A DNA stretch of 64,000 bases. Origin: Thermodesulfobacteriota bacterium. GTDB lineage: Bacteria; Desulfobacterota_D; UBA1144; Nemesobacterales; UBA2774. This document shows, piece after piece, positions 52,655 to 62,684 of this stretch. The position numbers and the translations under genes were made by a program. Each line of letters opens with the position of its first letter. Positions within the stretch are counted from its first letter, which is position 1. Location of the stretch: the NCBI GenBank assembly GCA_963422265.1, contig OY729416.1:960001-1024000 (forward strand), in the 5' to 3' direction. The notes under the pieces are model-generated. The model was not told the DNA's origin, did no database searches, and saw nothing but the letters and a program-made list of their open reading frames with translations.

Positions 52655-53560
52655 TTAAGCTCTACCCACAGAAAGTATTTTTAGAGATTTAGGAATAACT
52701 TCAATCCTATACACTCCACGCTCCAGAAAAAACGACTCTCCATCCATGTGCGCAGGAACCGTTCGGCGCAGCGAAATCTCCATACTTGGTCCTCGCTTTA
52801 TTGCTACTTCACTCAACCTAGAATGCCCGCCCTTGAGCACCTTAGGAATTTTGGCGAGCCTACTCATTGATGACATATCAGTTATAGCGTGAAAATCAAG
52901 CTCGCCGTCGTCTATCTTAGCTTCAGGAGCGAGCTTGAACCCACCCTGAGAAAAACCGTTTGACGCTCCAGTGAGCAAGACAGAACCTTCGTAGCTCCAC
53001 TCACCTACGCTGATCTTGGCTTGAAAAGCCTTAAAAGCAAGAGCTTCCTGCACGGCGGCAAGCAGGTATCCGAATCGAAGCCTCATGCGTTTTAACCTCT
53101 TAAACCTATGAGACACCGCTCCGTCAAGACCTATTCCCAAGCCGTTTATGAAGTATTCATCCTCAAGCTTTCCGACGTCCACTAACCGCTCGTCACCTGA
53201 GAAAATGTTGCGCAAAGCAAGATCACCGTCGGAAGGAATACCCGCGGATTTTGGAAAATCGTTGCCGCTTCCTAAAGGCAAAACGCCTAAAACTGCTGAA
53301 GAACCGATTAAACCATTAACAATCTCGTGCGAAGTGCCGTCTCCACCTACGGATATGAAATGCGTAAACCCATTGCTCACGGACTCTCTGGCGATCTCTT
53401 CGCCGTCACCCTTTCTTGACGTGCTTATAATCTCATAAGAAACCTTCTTTGCCTTAGCCAAGGATTCAATCTTAGGTATAAAGCTTGCTGCCCTGCCCTT
53501 GCCCGCATGAAGATTGACAATAAAACAATACTTAACGTCTTTCAAATTTGAGCCCTTCAA
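52655..53560 (-). CDS. Diacylglycerol/lipid kinase (YegS/DAGK family)
   Basis: GGDGT.HE..NG, LPLGSGNDF, DGE. Confidence 0.92.
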   Translation of the reverse strand: MKGSNLKDVKYCFIVNLHAGKGRAASFIPKIESLAKAKKVSYEIISTSRKGDGEEIARESVSNGFTHFISVGGDGTSHEIVNGLIGSSAVLGVLPLGSGNDFPKSAGIPSDGDLALRNIFSGDERLVDVGKLEDEYFINGLGIGLDGAVSHRFKRLKRMRLRFGYLLAAVQEALAFKAFQAKISVGEWSYEGSVLLTGASNGFSQGGFKLAPEAKIDDGELDFHAITDMSSMSRLAKIPKVLKGGHSRLSEVAIKRGPSMEISLRRTVPAHMDGESFFLERGVYRIEVIPKSLKILSVGRA

Positions 53561-53706
53561 AGTAAAATCAAGATAGACTCAATATATCACTATTACACGT
53601 TTACGACAAAATTAAGAACTACAATTGAAAACCGACTTATTATATGTTATAAAATCCTGTTTAGTTGAAACGAAATTTGTAAGAAGCTAGGAGGTTATTT
53701 TACAAG

Positions 53707-54696
53707 ATGGCAGAAGAGACTCAAACGTCAGGGCAAGCTATGGACTCCGTGAGTATGAAACAACTGCTTGAGTCTGGAGTGCATTTTGGACACCAGGTAA
53801 GCCATTGGAACCCTAAAATGAAGGGTTTCATCTTTGGCAACAGAAATGGTATCCATATAATTGACCTTCAACAAACAGTTGGATTATTCAAAAAAGCTTA
53901 TGACTTTGCCAGAGACGTCGTAGGTAACGGAGGGGACTTATTATTTGTAGGAACTAAGAAACAAGCACGAAGCATAATAGATGAAGAAGCAACACGATGT
54001 GAAATGCCCTATGTGAATACGCGTTGGCTGGGCGGAACGATTACAAATTTTACGACCATTAGAGCCAGGGTGGATTACCTTCTTGAGTTAAAGAAACTTG
54101 AAGAAGAAGGGCAAATGGAGCGCCTGCCGAAAAAAGAAGCCAAAGGGTTAAAAAGAGAAATACAGAAGCTCGAATACCTACTTGGCGGAATTGTGCAAAT
54201 GAAGACTTTCCCTAAAGCCTTATACATTGTTGACACGAGGAAGGAGCATATAGCCGTGCATGAAGCTAGGAAATTCGGAATACCCATCATAGGCGTTATA
54301 GACACGAACTCTAATCCTGACCACGCGGATTATATAATCCCAAGCAATGATGACGCCATAAGAGCAATTAAACTTTTCACATCTCGCATCGCCGACGCTT
54401 GCATTGAAGGAAAGCATATATACGAGCAGAAATTACAAGCAGGAGAAGCAGTTGAAGAAAAACTCGGGAAGACCGCTGATTTGGTAGTGGAAAGAAAAGT
54501 GTTCGTATTTAAGGAATACGGAGAAGAATCAGAAAAAGAAAGCACAACCTCGGTCGCAGTATCCGAAGGGGGTGCTGAGGAAGTCAAAGCCCAGCCAACA
54601 TCCGATAAGGCATACGCCGAGGCAAGACCAGATGGTGAGGAAACAACTGCTAGCTCGAAGTCCGCAGACGGCACAGAAAATGCTCAAAGCAATTAG
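53707..54696 (+). CDS. rpsB: 30S ribosomal protein S2 with acidic C-terminal extension
   Basis: [31 protein letters not shown]. Confidence 0.98.
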   Translation: MAEETQTSGQAMDSVSMKQLLESGVHFGHQVSHWNPKMKGFIFGNRNGIHIIDLQQTVGLFKKAYDFARDVVGNGGDLLFVGTKKQARSIIDEEATRCEMPYVNTRWLGGTITNFTTIRARVDYLLELKKLEEEGQMERLPKKEAKGLKREIQKLEYLLGGIVQMKTFPKALYIVDTRKEHIAVHEARKFGIPIIGVIDTNSNPDHADYIIPSNDDAIRAIKLFTSRIADACIEGKHIYEQKLQAGEAVEEKLGKTADLVVERKVFVFKEYGEESEKESTTSVAVSEGGAEEVKAQPTSDKAYAEARPDGEETTASSKSADGTENAQSN

Positions 54697-54762
54697 TCGT
54701 CAGACAACGATTCTCTAAAGACTAGGGAATAGTCACACAGCATAAGGAGGAGTAAGTAAGAA

Positions 54763-55368
54763 ATGGCTGATATTACGGCTCAGATGGTTAAAGAAATAAG
54801 AGATAAAACCGGGGCGCCCTTTCTTGATTGCAAAAAAGCTCTCGAAGAAGTGGAAGGAGATTTTGATAAAGCTATTGATATACTCAAAATTAAAGGGGTT
54901 ACGAAAGCGTCTAAAAAAATCGGACGAGAAACCCCTGAGGGAACAATCTCTTCATATATACACGCAGGAGGAAAAATTGGGGTAATGGTCGAGGTCAACT
55001 GCGAGACCGACTTCGTAGCAAGAAATGAAGAATTCCAAAATTTTGTCAAAGAAATCGCAATGCAGATAGCCGCTGCAAATCCTTCGTATATAAGCAGAGA
55101 AGAGATACCAAAGCCGGAGCTTGAGAAGGAAAAGGAAGTGATGAGGGCTCAAGTAATTGAATCGGGGAAACCGGCGACCATCGCTGAAAAGATAGTTCAG
55201 GGGAAAATAGAAAAATACTTTGAGGAATCATGCCTGCTTGACCAAACGTATATAAGGGATTCTAAGCAAAAAATCAGCGACCTGTTACAAGCACTTATTG
55301 CAAAGACCGGAGAGAATATGAGAATAAGACGTTTCGCAAGGTTCCAGCTAGGCGAGCCTCTTGATTAA
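54763..55368 (+). CDS. tsf: Elongation factor Ts (short form)
   Basis: [27 protein letters not shown]. Confidence 0.98.
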   Translation: MADITAQMVKEIRDKTGAPFLDCKKALEEVEGDFDKAIDILKIKGVTKASKKIGRETPEGTISSYIHAGGKIGVMVEVNCETDFVARNEEFQNFVKEIAMQIAAANPSYISREEIPKPELEKEKEVMRAQVIESGKPATIAEKIVQGKIEKYFEESCLLDQTYIRDSKQKISDLLQALIAKTGENMRIRRFARFQLGEPLD

Positions 55369-56125
55369 GAAAGTAGGCAATATGGGTTCTCCAAAAACTA
55401 CCGTAGCCAAATATCGTAAGATACTCCTAAAACTAAGTGGAGAAGCCCTGCAAGGACAGAAAGGTTATGGCATTAGCCCTAAGGTGCTTGAAACAATATC
55501 AGATGAAATTGTAGAAATACACGGCTTAGGAATTCAAATCGCGGTAGTTATCGGTGGAGGAAATATCTTTAGAGGGGTTGGAGGTGAAGATTCCACCGGG
55601 GTTGACAGAACTACCGGAGACTATATGGGGATGCTCGCAACTGTAATCAACGCGCTTGCCCTTCAAGATTCTCTTGAGAAAAAGAAAATTCATACGAGAG
55701 TTTTAACCGCTCTTGAAATAAAACAGGTCGCCGAACCTTATATAAGGAGGCGAGCCATAAGGCACCTTGAGAAGGGGCGCGTAGTTATTTGCGCCGCAGG
55801 AACTGGGAATCCCTTCTTCACAACCGATACGGCGGCTACGCTCAGAGCACTTGAAATAGGTGCAGATCTTATACTCAAAGCCACTAAAGTTGACGGTGTC
55901 TATGACAAAGACCCTTTGAAACATAAGGACGCCGTCAAATTCAAAGAACTAAATTACATGGAAGTGCTTAAGCAAGAGTTAAAGATAATGGACGCCACCG
56001 CAATATCCTTATGCATGCAGGGTAATATTCCAATCATAGTTTTTAATTTATTTCAAAGTGGCAATATAAAGAAGGTAGTCATGGGGGAAGAGATAGGAAC
56101 CATAGTGAAGGAGAGTTTAATATGA
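55361..56125 (+). CDS. pyrH: UMP kinase
   Basis: [27 protein letters not shown]. Confidence 0.98.
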   Translation: MIKKVGNMGSPKTTVAKYRKILLKLSGEALQGQKGYGISPKVLETISDEIVEIHGLGIQIAVVIGGGNIFRGVGGEDSTGVDRTTGDYMGMLATVINALALQDSLEKKKIHTRVLTALEIKQVAEPYIRRRAIRHLEKGRVVICAAGTGNPFFTTDTAATLRALEIGADLILKATKVDGVYDKDPLKHKDAVKFKELNYMEVLKQELKIMDATAISLCMQGNIPIIVFNLFQSGNIKKVVMGEEIGTIVKESLI

Positions 56126-56694
56126 GTGAGGATAAAGAATTAGAGGGCATTATTCAACGGGCGGATGAAAGGATGAAGAAGTCTTTGAACACCTTTGACT
56201 CTGAGCTTTCAAGGATCAGAACTGGAAGAGCCTCTTCTGCGTTGGTTGAACATATAATGGTGGATTACTACGGAGTCAAGACGCCCTTAAACCAGATGGC
56301 TACTATTTCGACTCCGGAGGCAAGAACGATCCTGATCCAGCCCTGGGATATGAACGCGGTAAGCGAGATTGAAAAAGCGATTATGACGTCTGAGCTTGGA
56401 ATAAATCCCTCTAACGACGGCAAGATTATAAGGCTCGTAATCCCCGTGCTCACCGAAGAACGCAGAAAGGAGCTGGTTAAATTCGTAAGCAAGGTCGGAG
56501 AGGACTACAAAGTCTCGATTAGACAGATAAGAAAAGATACTAACCACACGCTAAAAGAAGTCGAGAAAGAGGATAATATATCGGAGGATGAAGTTAAAAA
56601 GCAGCTTAATAAGGTGCAAGCTATGACCGACAAACACATAAAGGAAGTTGGCGAGATACTAGAAAAAAAAGAAAAGGAAATTCTGGAGATATAA
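56122..56694 (+). CDS. frr: Ribosome recycling factor
   Basis: [22 protein letters not shown]. Confidence 0.98.
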   Translation: MSEDKELEGIIQRADERMKKSLNTFDSELSRIRTGRASSALVEHIMVDYYGVKTPLNQMATISTPEARTILIQPWDMNAVSEIEKAIMTSELGINPSNDGKIIRLVIPVLTEERRKELVKFVSKVGEDYKVSIRQIRKDTNHTLKEVEKEDNISEDEVKKQLNKVQAMTDKHIKEVGEILEKKEKEILEI

Positions 56695-56763
56695 AAAGGC
56701 GAGAATCTCAAATGAGTTCAGAACAACTACAATACACCAAACTAAATTAACGTAAAGGGAACA

Positions 56764-57546
56764 ATGTCAGTAAGGATTCTAGTATCAAATGACGACGGTA
56801 TAAACTCGGTAGGAATCCATAAGCTCGTTGAGTTCCTGAAAAGCCTCGGAGAAGTATTCGTAGTAGCTCCTGACAGGGATCAGAGCGCGTCAAGTCATTC
56901 TCTAAGTCTATACAGACCGCTCAGAATTGAAAAAATCGGGGATAGCGTTTACTGCGTCGATGGTACCCCCACTGATTGCGTTAACATTGCCGTAAATGGC
57001 ATTTTGAAAGATAGAAAACCCGACTTAATAGTATCGGGTATTAACAAAGGCGAGAACCTAGGTGACGATATAACCTATTCTGGAACGGTAAGCGCAGCTA
57101 TAGAAGGCGTGCTACTTGGGATACCTTCTATCGCCATATCGCTTGCGAGTAGGGAAAGCATTAATTTTGAAACCGCAGCCCTGCACGCGCAAACAATCGC
57201 CAAATACGTTTTGAATAAATCACTTCCTCAATATACCCTTCTAAATGTGAACGTCCCCGATCTCAGCTTTAAGGAAATAAAAGGAAGGATGGTTACAAGG
57301 CAAGGGAAACGCATATATGGTGATCCTATAGTAGAGAAAATAGACCCCAGGGGCAAGAAATACTACTGGATAGGCGGTGATGAGCTTAGATACGATCATA
57401 TAGAAAAATCAGATATTGCCGCCGTTAGAGAAGGATACGTCTCCATCACCCCTGTAAGCCTCGATTGGACAAAGCACGATTTCCTGGATACACTAGAATC
57501 TCATACCCAGTCATGGCCTAGCGTATATCCGCCACACGATGCTTAA
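56764..57546 (+). CDS. surE: 5'/3'-nucleotidase SurE
   Basis: ILVSNDDG, GTPTDCV, SGINKG.N, YSGTVSAA.EG. Confidence 0.97.
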   Translation: MSVRILVSNDDGINSVGIHKLVEFLKSLGEVFVVAPDRDQSASSHSLSLYRPLRIEKIGDSVYCVDGTPTDCVNIAVNGILKDRKPDLIVSGINKGENLGDDITYSGTVSAAIEGVLLGIPSIAISLASRESINFETAALHAQTIAKYVLNKSLPQYTLLNVNVPDLSFKEIKGRMVTRQGKRIYGDPIVEKIDPRGKKYYWIGGDELRYDHIEKSDIAAVREGYVSITPVSLDWTKHDFLDTLESHTQSWPSVYPPHDA

Positions 57547-58126
57547 GAGACTTTACAACTGGGTGCTTAGCTGGGCTGATACCAAATACGGCACCCCAGC
57601 TTTAGCCTCCGTTTCCTTTGTAGAATCCTCTTTCTTCCCACTACCCCCCGACCCATTTCTTATGGCTCTTTGTCTTGGAAAACCCAGAAAATCCTTTTGG
57701 TATGCCTTCATTTGCTCAGTAAGTTCTGTGCTTGGTGGTTTAGCTGGTTACCTAATTGGTTGGGCGCTTTGGGAGATTGTAGGCGATTTCTTTTTAACAA
57801 ACGTTTTCGGTCAGGAAGCGTTTTCATACGTTAGCAAAAGATATGAAGAAAATGCCTTTCTTGCTATACTGGGCGCAGCCTTCACGCCGATTCCATATAA
57901 AGTATTCACGGTTACGGCAGGCGTCTTCCAAATAAACGTTTTGACGTTGATAATAGCATCATCTATAGGACGCTCGGCTAGATTTTTTCTTGAGGCAGGG
58001 TTAATCTTTTTCTTTGGCGAGAAAGTAAAATCCTTTATAGATAGATACTTTAATACGATCGCGTCTCTCTTTTTTACAGCCCTTGTTTTCGGATTCGTTA
58101 TAGTCAAACTCGTATTCAAGAATTAG
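57539..58126 (+). CDS. DedA/YqaA family membrane protein
   Basis: FVESSFFPLPPD, FTPIPYKVFT, GRSARFF. Confidence 0.92.
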   Translation: MLKRLYNWVLSWADTKYGTPALASVSFVESSFFPLPPDPFLMALCLGKPRKSFWYAFICSVSSVLGGLAGYLIGWALWEIVGDFFLTNVFGQEAFSYVSKRYEENAFLAILGAAFTPIPYKVFTVTAGVFQINVLTLIIASSIGRSARFFLEAGLIFFFGEKVKSFIDRYFNTIASLFFTALVFGFVIVKLVFKN

Positions 58127-58169
58127 AACCCATTAAGCAATGGATTTATAACAATACGGAGGTGTATTT

Positions 58170-59375
58170 ATGGGCGATTTCCATCAAACTGAAACAATTT
58201 CTACGCTGCACAGACTAAATAGAACGAACGCAGAACAACTAGAAGAGCAGCTTAACGTATATTGTAAAGATCGCCCTATAGCCCTTGTGCTACCCTGCCT
58301 CTATTCAGAGCTAAAAAGAGAAGCTCTAAAAGACATCATATCTGAACTAAAAGACGTTACTTACCTTAACGAAATTGTAATAACGCTCGGCAGAGCTAAT
58401 AAAGATGAGTTCAAACACGCTCAGGAGTTCTTCTCTATTCTTCCAAACTACAAACTGATATGGGATGACTCAGAGAGTATCATATCCCTTTTCAACCTGT
58501 TAAAGGAAAACGGGCTTGACGCAGGAGAAAGGGGTAAAGGAAGAGCCGCCTGGATAGCATATGGTTACATCTTGGCACGAGGGTCTAGCGAAGTTATAGC
58601 GCTTCATGATTGTGATATTCTAACTTACGGTAGGGAGTTATTAGCAAGATTGTGCTACCCTCTGGCAAACCCCAACATGGATTATGAGTTTTGTAAGGGA
58701 TATTACCCAAGAGTAACTGACAGATTATATGGTAGAGTGACAAGGCTATTTATCTCGCCTGTAATCAGGGCGCTGAAAAACATCTGTGGATACCTGCCCT
58801 TTTTAGTTTATCTAGATGGCTTTAGGTATCCGCTCGCCGGGGAGTTTTCGATGAAGACTGATCTTGTCAGAATAAACCGTATCCCTGCAGACTGGGGACT
58901 CGAAGTAGGATCCCTCGCTGAGGTGTTTCGTAACGTATCTATGAAAAGAATATGTCAAGTTGACCTTGCCGATAATTATGATCACAAGCATCAGGAAGTA
59001 TCTCACGACGCTCCATCGGGAGGTCTTCTTAAGATGTGCGTAGATATTTCAAAATCGCTTTTCAGAATTCTTTCATCAGAGGGGGTTAGGTTTTCGGAAA
59101 GCCTCTTTAGAACCCTAATAGTTACTTACCTAAAAATAGCCCAAGACACTATCAAAATGTATGACGACGACGCTGCGATCAACGGACTGTTTTTTGACAG
59201 ACACGCCGAGGGTCTCGCCGTCGAGACGTTCGTTCAAGGCTTGTCGCTGGCAAGTAAGGGTTTTCTTGAAGACCCTCTCAGTGCTCAACTTATACCTAAT
59301 TGGAGCAGAGTAACCTCTGCAATTCCCGATTTTCTCGACCAGTTAGAACAAGTAGTAGAAGAGCATAATGCCTAA
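58170..59375 (+). CDS. Glucosyl/mannosyl-3-phosphoglycerate synthase-type glycosyltransferase
   Basis: MGDFHQ...I.TLH, ALHDCDI, FCKGYY.R, RYPLAGEF, YDHKHQ; coupled to the phosphatase gene. Confidence 0.82.
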   Translation: MGDFHQTETISTLHRLNRTNAEQLEEQLNVYCKDRPIALVLPCLYSELKREALKDIISELKDVTYLNEIVITLGRANKDEFKHAQEFFSILPNYKLIWDDSESIISLFNLLKENGLDAGERGKGRAAWIAYGYILARGSSEVIALHDCDILTYGRELLARLCYPLANPNMDYEFCKGYYPRVTDRLYGRVTRLFISPVIRALKNICGYLPFLVYLDGFRYPLAGEFSMKTDLVRINRIPADWGLEVGSLAEVFRNVSMKRICQVDLADNYDHKHQEVSHDAPSGGLLKMCVDISKSLFRILSSEGVRFSESLFRTLIVTYLKIAQDTIKMYDDDAAINGLFFDRHAEGLAVETFVQGLSLASKGFLEDPLSAQLIPNWSRVTSAIPDFLDQLEQVVEEHNA

Positions 59376-60186
59376 TAAACTAGTAATCATCTCTGATCTT
59401 GACGGCACTCTCTTGGATCATCAAACGTACTCCTTCAGTGCGGCGCTGCCAGCGCTGGAGTTAATAAAATCAAAAGGCGTGCCCCTTATTATATGCACAA
59501 GCAAAACACGCGGAGAGATAGAGACCTATAGAAAATTGTTAGATAATAACTTCCCCTTTATATCAGAAAATGGAGGGGGAATATTTATCCCCAATGGGTT
59601 TTTAAAGCACGAATTCAAATATGATAAATCTACGAACGGGTATAGGGTTATAGAGCTTGGAACCAGGCGAGAGCTATTGATAGAAGTGCTTAAGTGCACT
59701 GCGAAAGACGCAGAGATTCAGATAAAGGGTTTCTCAGACATGAAAATTTCTGAAATAGCGGAATTAACCGGGCTAGACGAGAAAGACGCCAAGCTCGCCA
59801 GTGAACGCGACTATAGCGAGCCATTCTTAATTTATGGTAATGGAGATAATGCCAACTCTATAAAACATAATATCCACCTAAAAGCATATCGTCATACTCA
59901 GGGAGGCAGATTCCACCACATTCTGGGGAACAATGATAAAGGTAAGGCTGTAAAAACTCTTTGCAAGCTGTTTGTAAACGAATACGGGGAGCATATCAAG
60001 ACCATAGGCTTAGGGGACAGCTTGAACGATTTGTCCATGCTTGAGGTAGTAGATGTTCCAATACTGGTTCAGAAGCCTAACGGGGAATATGATGATAGAA
60101 TCAAACTCAAAAATCTGATTCCTGCAGATGGTAAAGGCCCTCAAGGTTGGAACTCTGCAATCTTAAAACTACTCGCGAAACACTAA
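59368..60186 (+). CDS. Mannosyl/glucosyl-3-phosphoglycerate phosphatase (HAD-IIB)
   Basis: DLDGTLLD, TSKT..E, R.YSEPF, GGRF.H, GDS.ND, GP.GW. Confidence 0.9.
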   Translation: MPNKLVIISDLDGTLLDHQTYSFSAALPALELIKSKGVPLIICTSKTRGEIETYRKLLDNNFPFISENGGGIFIPNGFLKHEFKYDKSTNGYRVIELGTRRELLIEVLKCTAKDAEIQIKGFSDMKISEIAELTGLDEKDAKLASERDYSEPFLIYGNGDNANSIKHNIHLKAYRHTQGGRFHHILGNNDKGKAVKTLCKLFVNEYGEHIKTIGLGDSLNDLSMLEVVDVPILVQKPNGEYDDRIKLKNLIPADGKGPQGWNSAILKLLAKH

Positions 60187-60239
60187 CAAGAAGAGCTTAT
60201 AACTAACCAAGGCTGATGCGCAACAGTTTTATTAGGTAA

Positions 60240-61202
60240 GTGAACAACGTGCATATATTACGAAAGACAAGATCCCGTGGAAACAGAATGGCTCCGTTCA
60301 TTGTAGGTGCTATAATAATCCATCTACTGATCTTATTTTTAGCATTTATATATCAAACCGTCATCTTTGAAGACAAGAAAGCTAAAAAAGAAGAGAGAAA
60401 ACCGGATTTTATAGAAATTACCGAACTCATTGTGCCAAAGGAGAAAGAAACGCCGCCCCCTGAAGAGCCTAAACGGCTCGCCGAGAGGTCTCATAAGGCT
60501 CAGGAAGAAAAATCAAAGGACGATTGGACTAAGCGCTCCGCAGCCGTGCCCCGCCAGCCGAAACCCGCTCCAGGTCAAAAAGCTAAGCCTAAACCTCTCA
60601 AAAAGGAAATTAAGAAAGCCGAGGATAAACGGAAAAAAGCCCAAAGACAGGCGTCAAAGACTGATCTGCCAGTCGATAAACAACTGGCTTCTTTGCCTAA
60701 AGATAAACCAAAGGACGAGGTGCAAGAATCGCTAGTTCCTAAAATCCAAACGCAAAAGGACAATTACGAAATAGTGGAGGAAGTCCCCTTTAGTGCCTCG
60801 CGGAACACCCCTACTAGAGACCCGCAACGCCAGCAAGACTTAATGGGATCGCGCGACGTTGAGAAAAAAGAAGAAACGGTAGATTTAAGCACGACGGAGT
60901 TTAAATACCTCTCCTACTTCATAAAGCTAAAAAGACAAATAGAAGGGGTTTGGAATTATCCAGAAGAATCCCGAATTCGGGGAGAGCAGGGAAAACTTTT
61001 TCTAGTGTTTAGTATCAACAGAGATGGAACACTCGCAGGCGTAGAACTTCTAACCTCGTCAGGTTACGCTAGGTTGGACGACGAAGCAATGAGATCCATA
61101 CGCGTCGCATCACCCTTTCCCCCATTCCCCAAAAGCTGGGACGGATTAGAAAGACTAAACGTTAGAGCCACATTTGAATACGGCTATGGAAGAATCTTTT
61201 AG
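60240..61202 (+). CDS. TonB family energy transducer
   Basis: N-terminal TM with His, Pro/Lys-rich linker, WNYP...SSG...LD.EA...SPFPP.P. Confidence 0.88.
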   Translation: MNNVHILRKTRSRGNRMAPFIVGAIIIHLLILFLAFIYQTVIFEDKKAKKEERKPDFIEITELIVPKEKETPPPEEPKRLAERSHKAQEEKSKDDWTKRSAAVPRQPKPAPGQKAKPKPLKKEIKKAEDKRKKAQRQASKTDLPVDKQLASLPKDKPKDEVQESLVPKIQTQKDNYEIVEEVPFSASRNTPTRDPQRQQDLMGSRDVEKKEETVDLSTTEFKYLSYFIKLKRQIEGVWNYPEESRIRGEQGKLFLVFSINRDGTLAGVELLTSSGYARLDDEAMRSIRVASPFPPFPKSWDGLERLNVRATFEYGYGRIF

Positions 61203-61223
61203 TTTTGCAAGAGAAGATTAAGC

Positions 61224-62267
61224 CTACAAAATAGCTATACTCGGACCCTGCTTCCTTCTCTTATTAACCTCGCCAATCAAATATGCTTTTTCATTTAATA
61301 TGCTCAGACTCCTTAATATAGAGTCGGCGTCATCCCTCTTAACGATTAAAACCATACCGATTCCACAGTTGAAGGTTCTTAGCATCTCTTGCTTGCTCAC
61401 TTGACCAACTTCACTTATAAGCCTCATTATAGGGGGCATTTCCCATAAAGAGGAATCCAGATAAACGGCGCAACTTTGGGGCACCGACCTTGGCACGTTC
61501 TCGGTTAAGCCTCCACCCGTTATATGTGCCAGAGCCTTAATTTGGAACTCTTCTTTGAGCCTTAGAATAGTTTTTACATAGATTCTGGTCGGTTCAAGAA
61601 GCTCCTCGGCTAATGTTCTTTTGACAAGGGGATAGGGTGAGTCTCTGAGATCAAGCTTGTTTTGCTGTAGAAGCACTAGCCTAGCAAGTGAATAGCCATT
61701 TGAATGAAGCCCACTAGACTCAATACCTATTACGGCGTCCCCCACGTTAACCTGAGAGCCGTCAATAACCTCGTCTCTATTCACGGCACCCACGACAAAG
61801 CCTGCAAGATCAAATTCATCCTCCTTGTAAAAGCCGGGCATCTCAGCGGTCTCTCCACCGAGAAGCACGCAACCCGCTTGCTTGCAACCCTTTGCTATGC
61901 CTTTTACTATTTCGGTGCATGATTTGGGATCGAGATCAGAGGTAGCAAGATAATCAAGGAAGAATAAAGGCTCGGCGCCACAAGTAATGACGTCATTCAC
62001 ATTCATTGCCACAAGATCAACGCCTATGGTATCGAGTTTGCCCGTCATGAAAGCAACCTTGAGCTTGGTGCCTACGCCATCAGCAGCAGCTACGAGTATA
62101 GGGGACTTAAACTTATCTAAAGGAAGGGCATACGCGCCTGAAAAACCACCCAACTTCCCAACCACGTTATTATTAGTTGTCGATTCAGCGATAGGTTTTA
62201 TAAGCTTGACAAACATATTCCCAGCGTCTATGTCAACGCCTGAGCTTTTATAGGTAGTCTTGGACAT
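61224..62267 (-). CDS. purM: Phosphoribosylformylglycinamidine cyclo-ligase
   Basis: Y..SGVDIDAG, DGVGTK, GGETAEMP, HITGGG, TFNCGIG. Confidence 0.98.
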   Translation of the reverse strand: MSKTTYKSSGVDIDAGNMFVKLIKPIAESTTNNNVVGKLGGFSGAYALPLDKFKSPILVAAADGVGTKLKVAFMTGKLDTIGVDLVAMNVNDVITCGAEPLFFLDYLATSDLDPKSCTEIVKGIAKGCKQAGCVLLGGETAEMPGFYKEDEFDLAGFVVGAVNRDEVIDGSQVNVGDAVIGIESSGLHSNGYSLARLVLLQQNKLDLRDSPYPLVKRTLAEELLEPTRIYVKTILRLKEEFQIKALAHITGGGLTENVPRSVPQSCAVYLDSSLWEMPPIMRLISEVGQVSKQEMLRTFNCGIGMVLIVKRDDADSILRSLSILNEKAYLIGEVNKRRKQGPSIAIL

Positions 62268-62441
62268 TACAAGTTCAAAAGATACCGCCTTCCCTCCGTT
62301 AAGACAACCTAGCGGCTAGGCATCCACTTATCAGATAATTAGCAATTTACCCAACCTATGAAATCTATTTGACACTTCAGCGCAAGTTTAGTAGGATGTT
62401 TTTTAAGAAATCTAACGCCAGTATAAGGTAGATAGTTAGAA

Positions 62442-62654
62442 GTGAGTAATGCAACCAAGTGGAAATTTGTCGCCGTGGCGGTATTCATCCTAGCAGCAAT
62501 ATCCTTTACCCCTTTGGTAATCCCCTACGGAATAGCTGAACCATACGTTTTGGGACTACCAAGAACTCTGTGGGCTGGGCTGGTGATATCACTTTCCATA
62601 TACGCCCTGCTTGTTTTGGCGATGTTGACGTCGTGCGGCGAGAACGATAAGTAG
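62442..62654 (+). CDS. Small 2-TM membrane protein preceding a sodium:solute symporter
   Basis: Two hydrophobic segments with EPYVLGLP between them; position typical of symporter small partners. Confidence 0.7.
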   Translation: MSNATKWKFVAVAVFILAAISFTPLVIPYGIAEPYVLGLPRTLWAGLVISLSIYALLVLAMLTSCGENDK

Positions 62655-62684
62655 CCCGTTAGTGAGAAGGGGGAAGATCTATAT

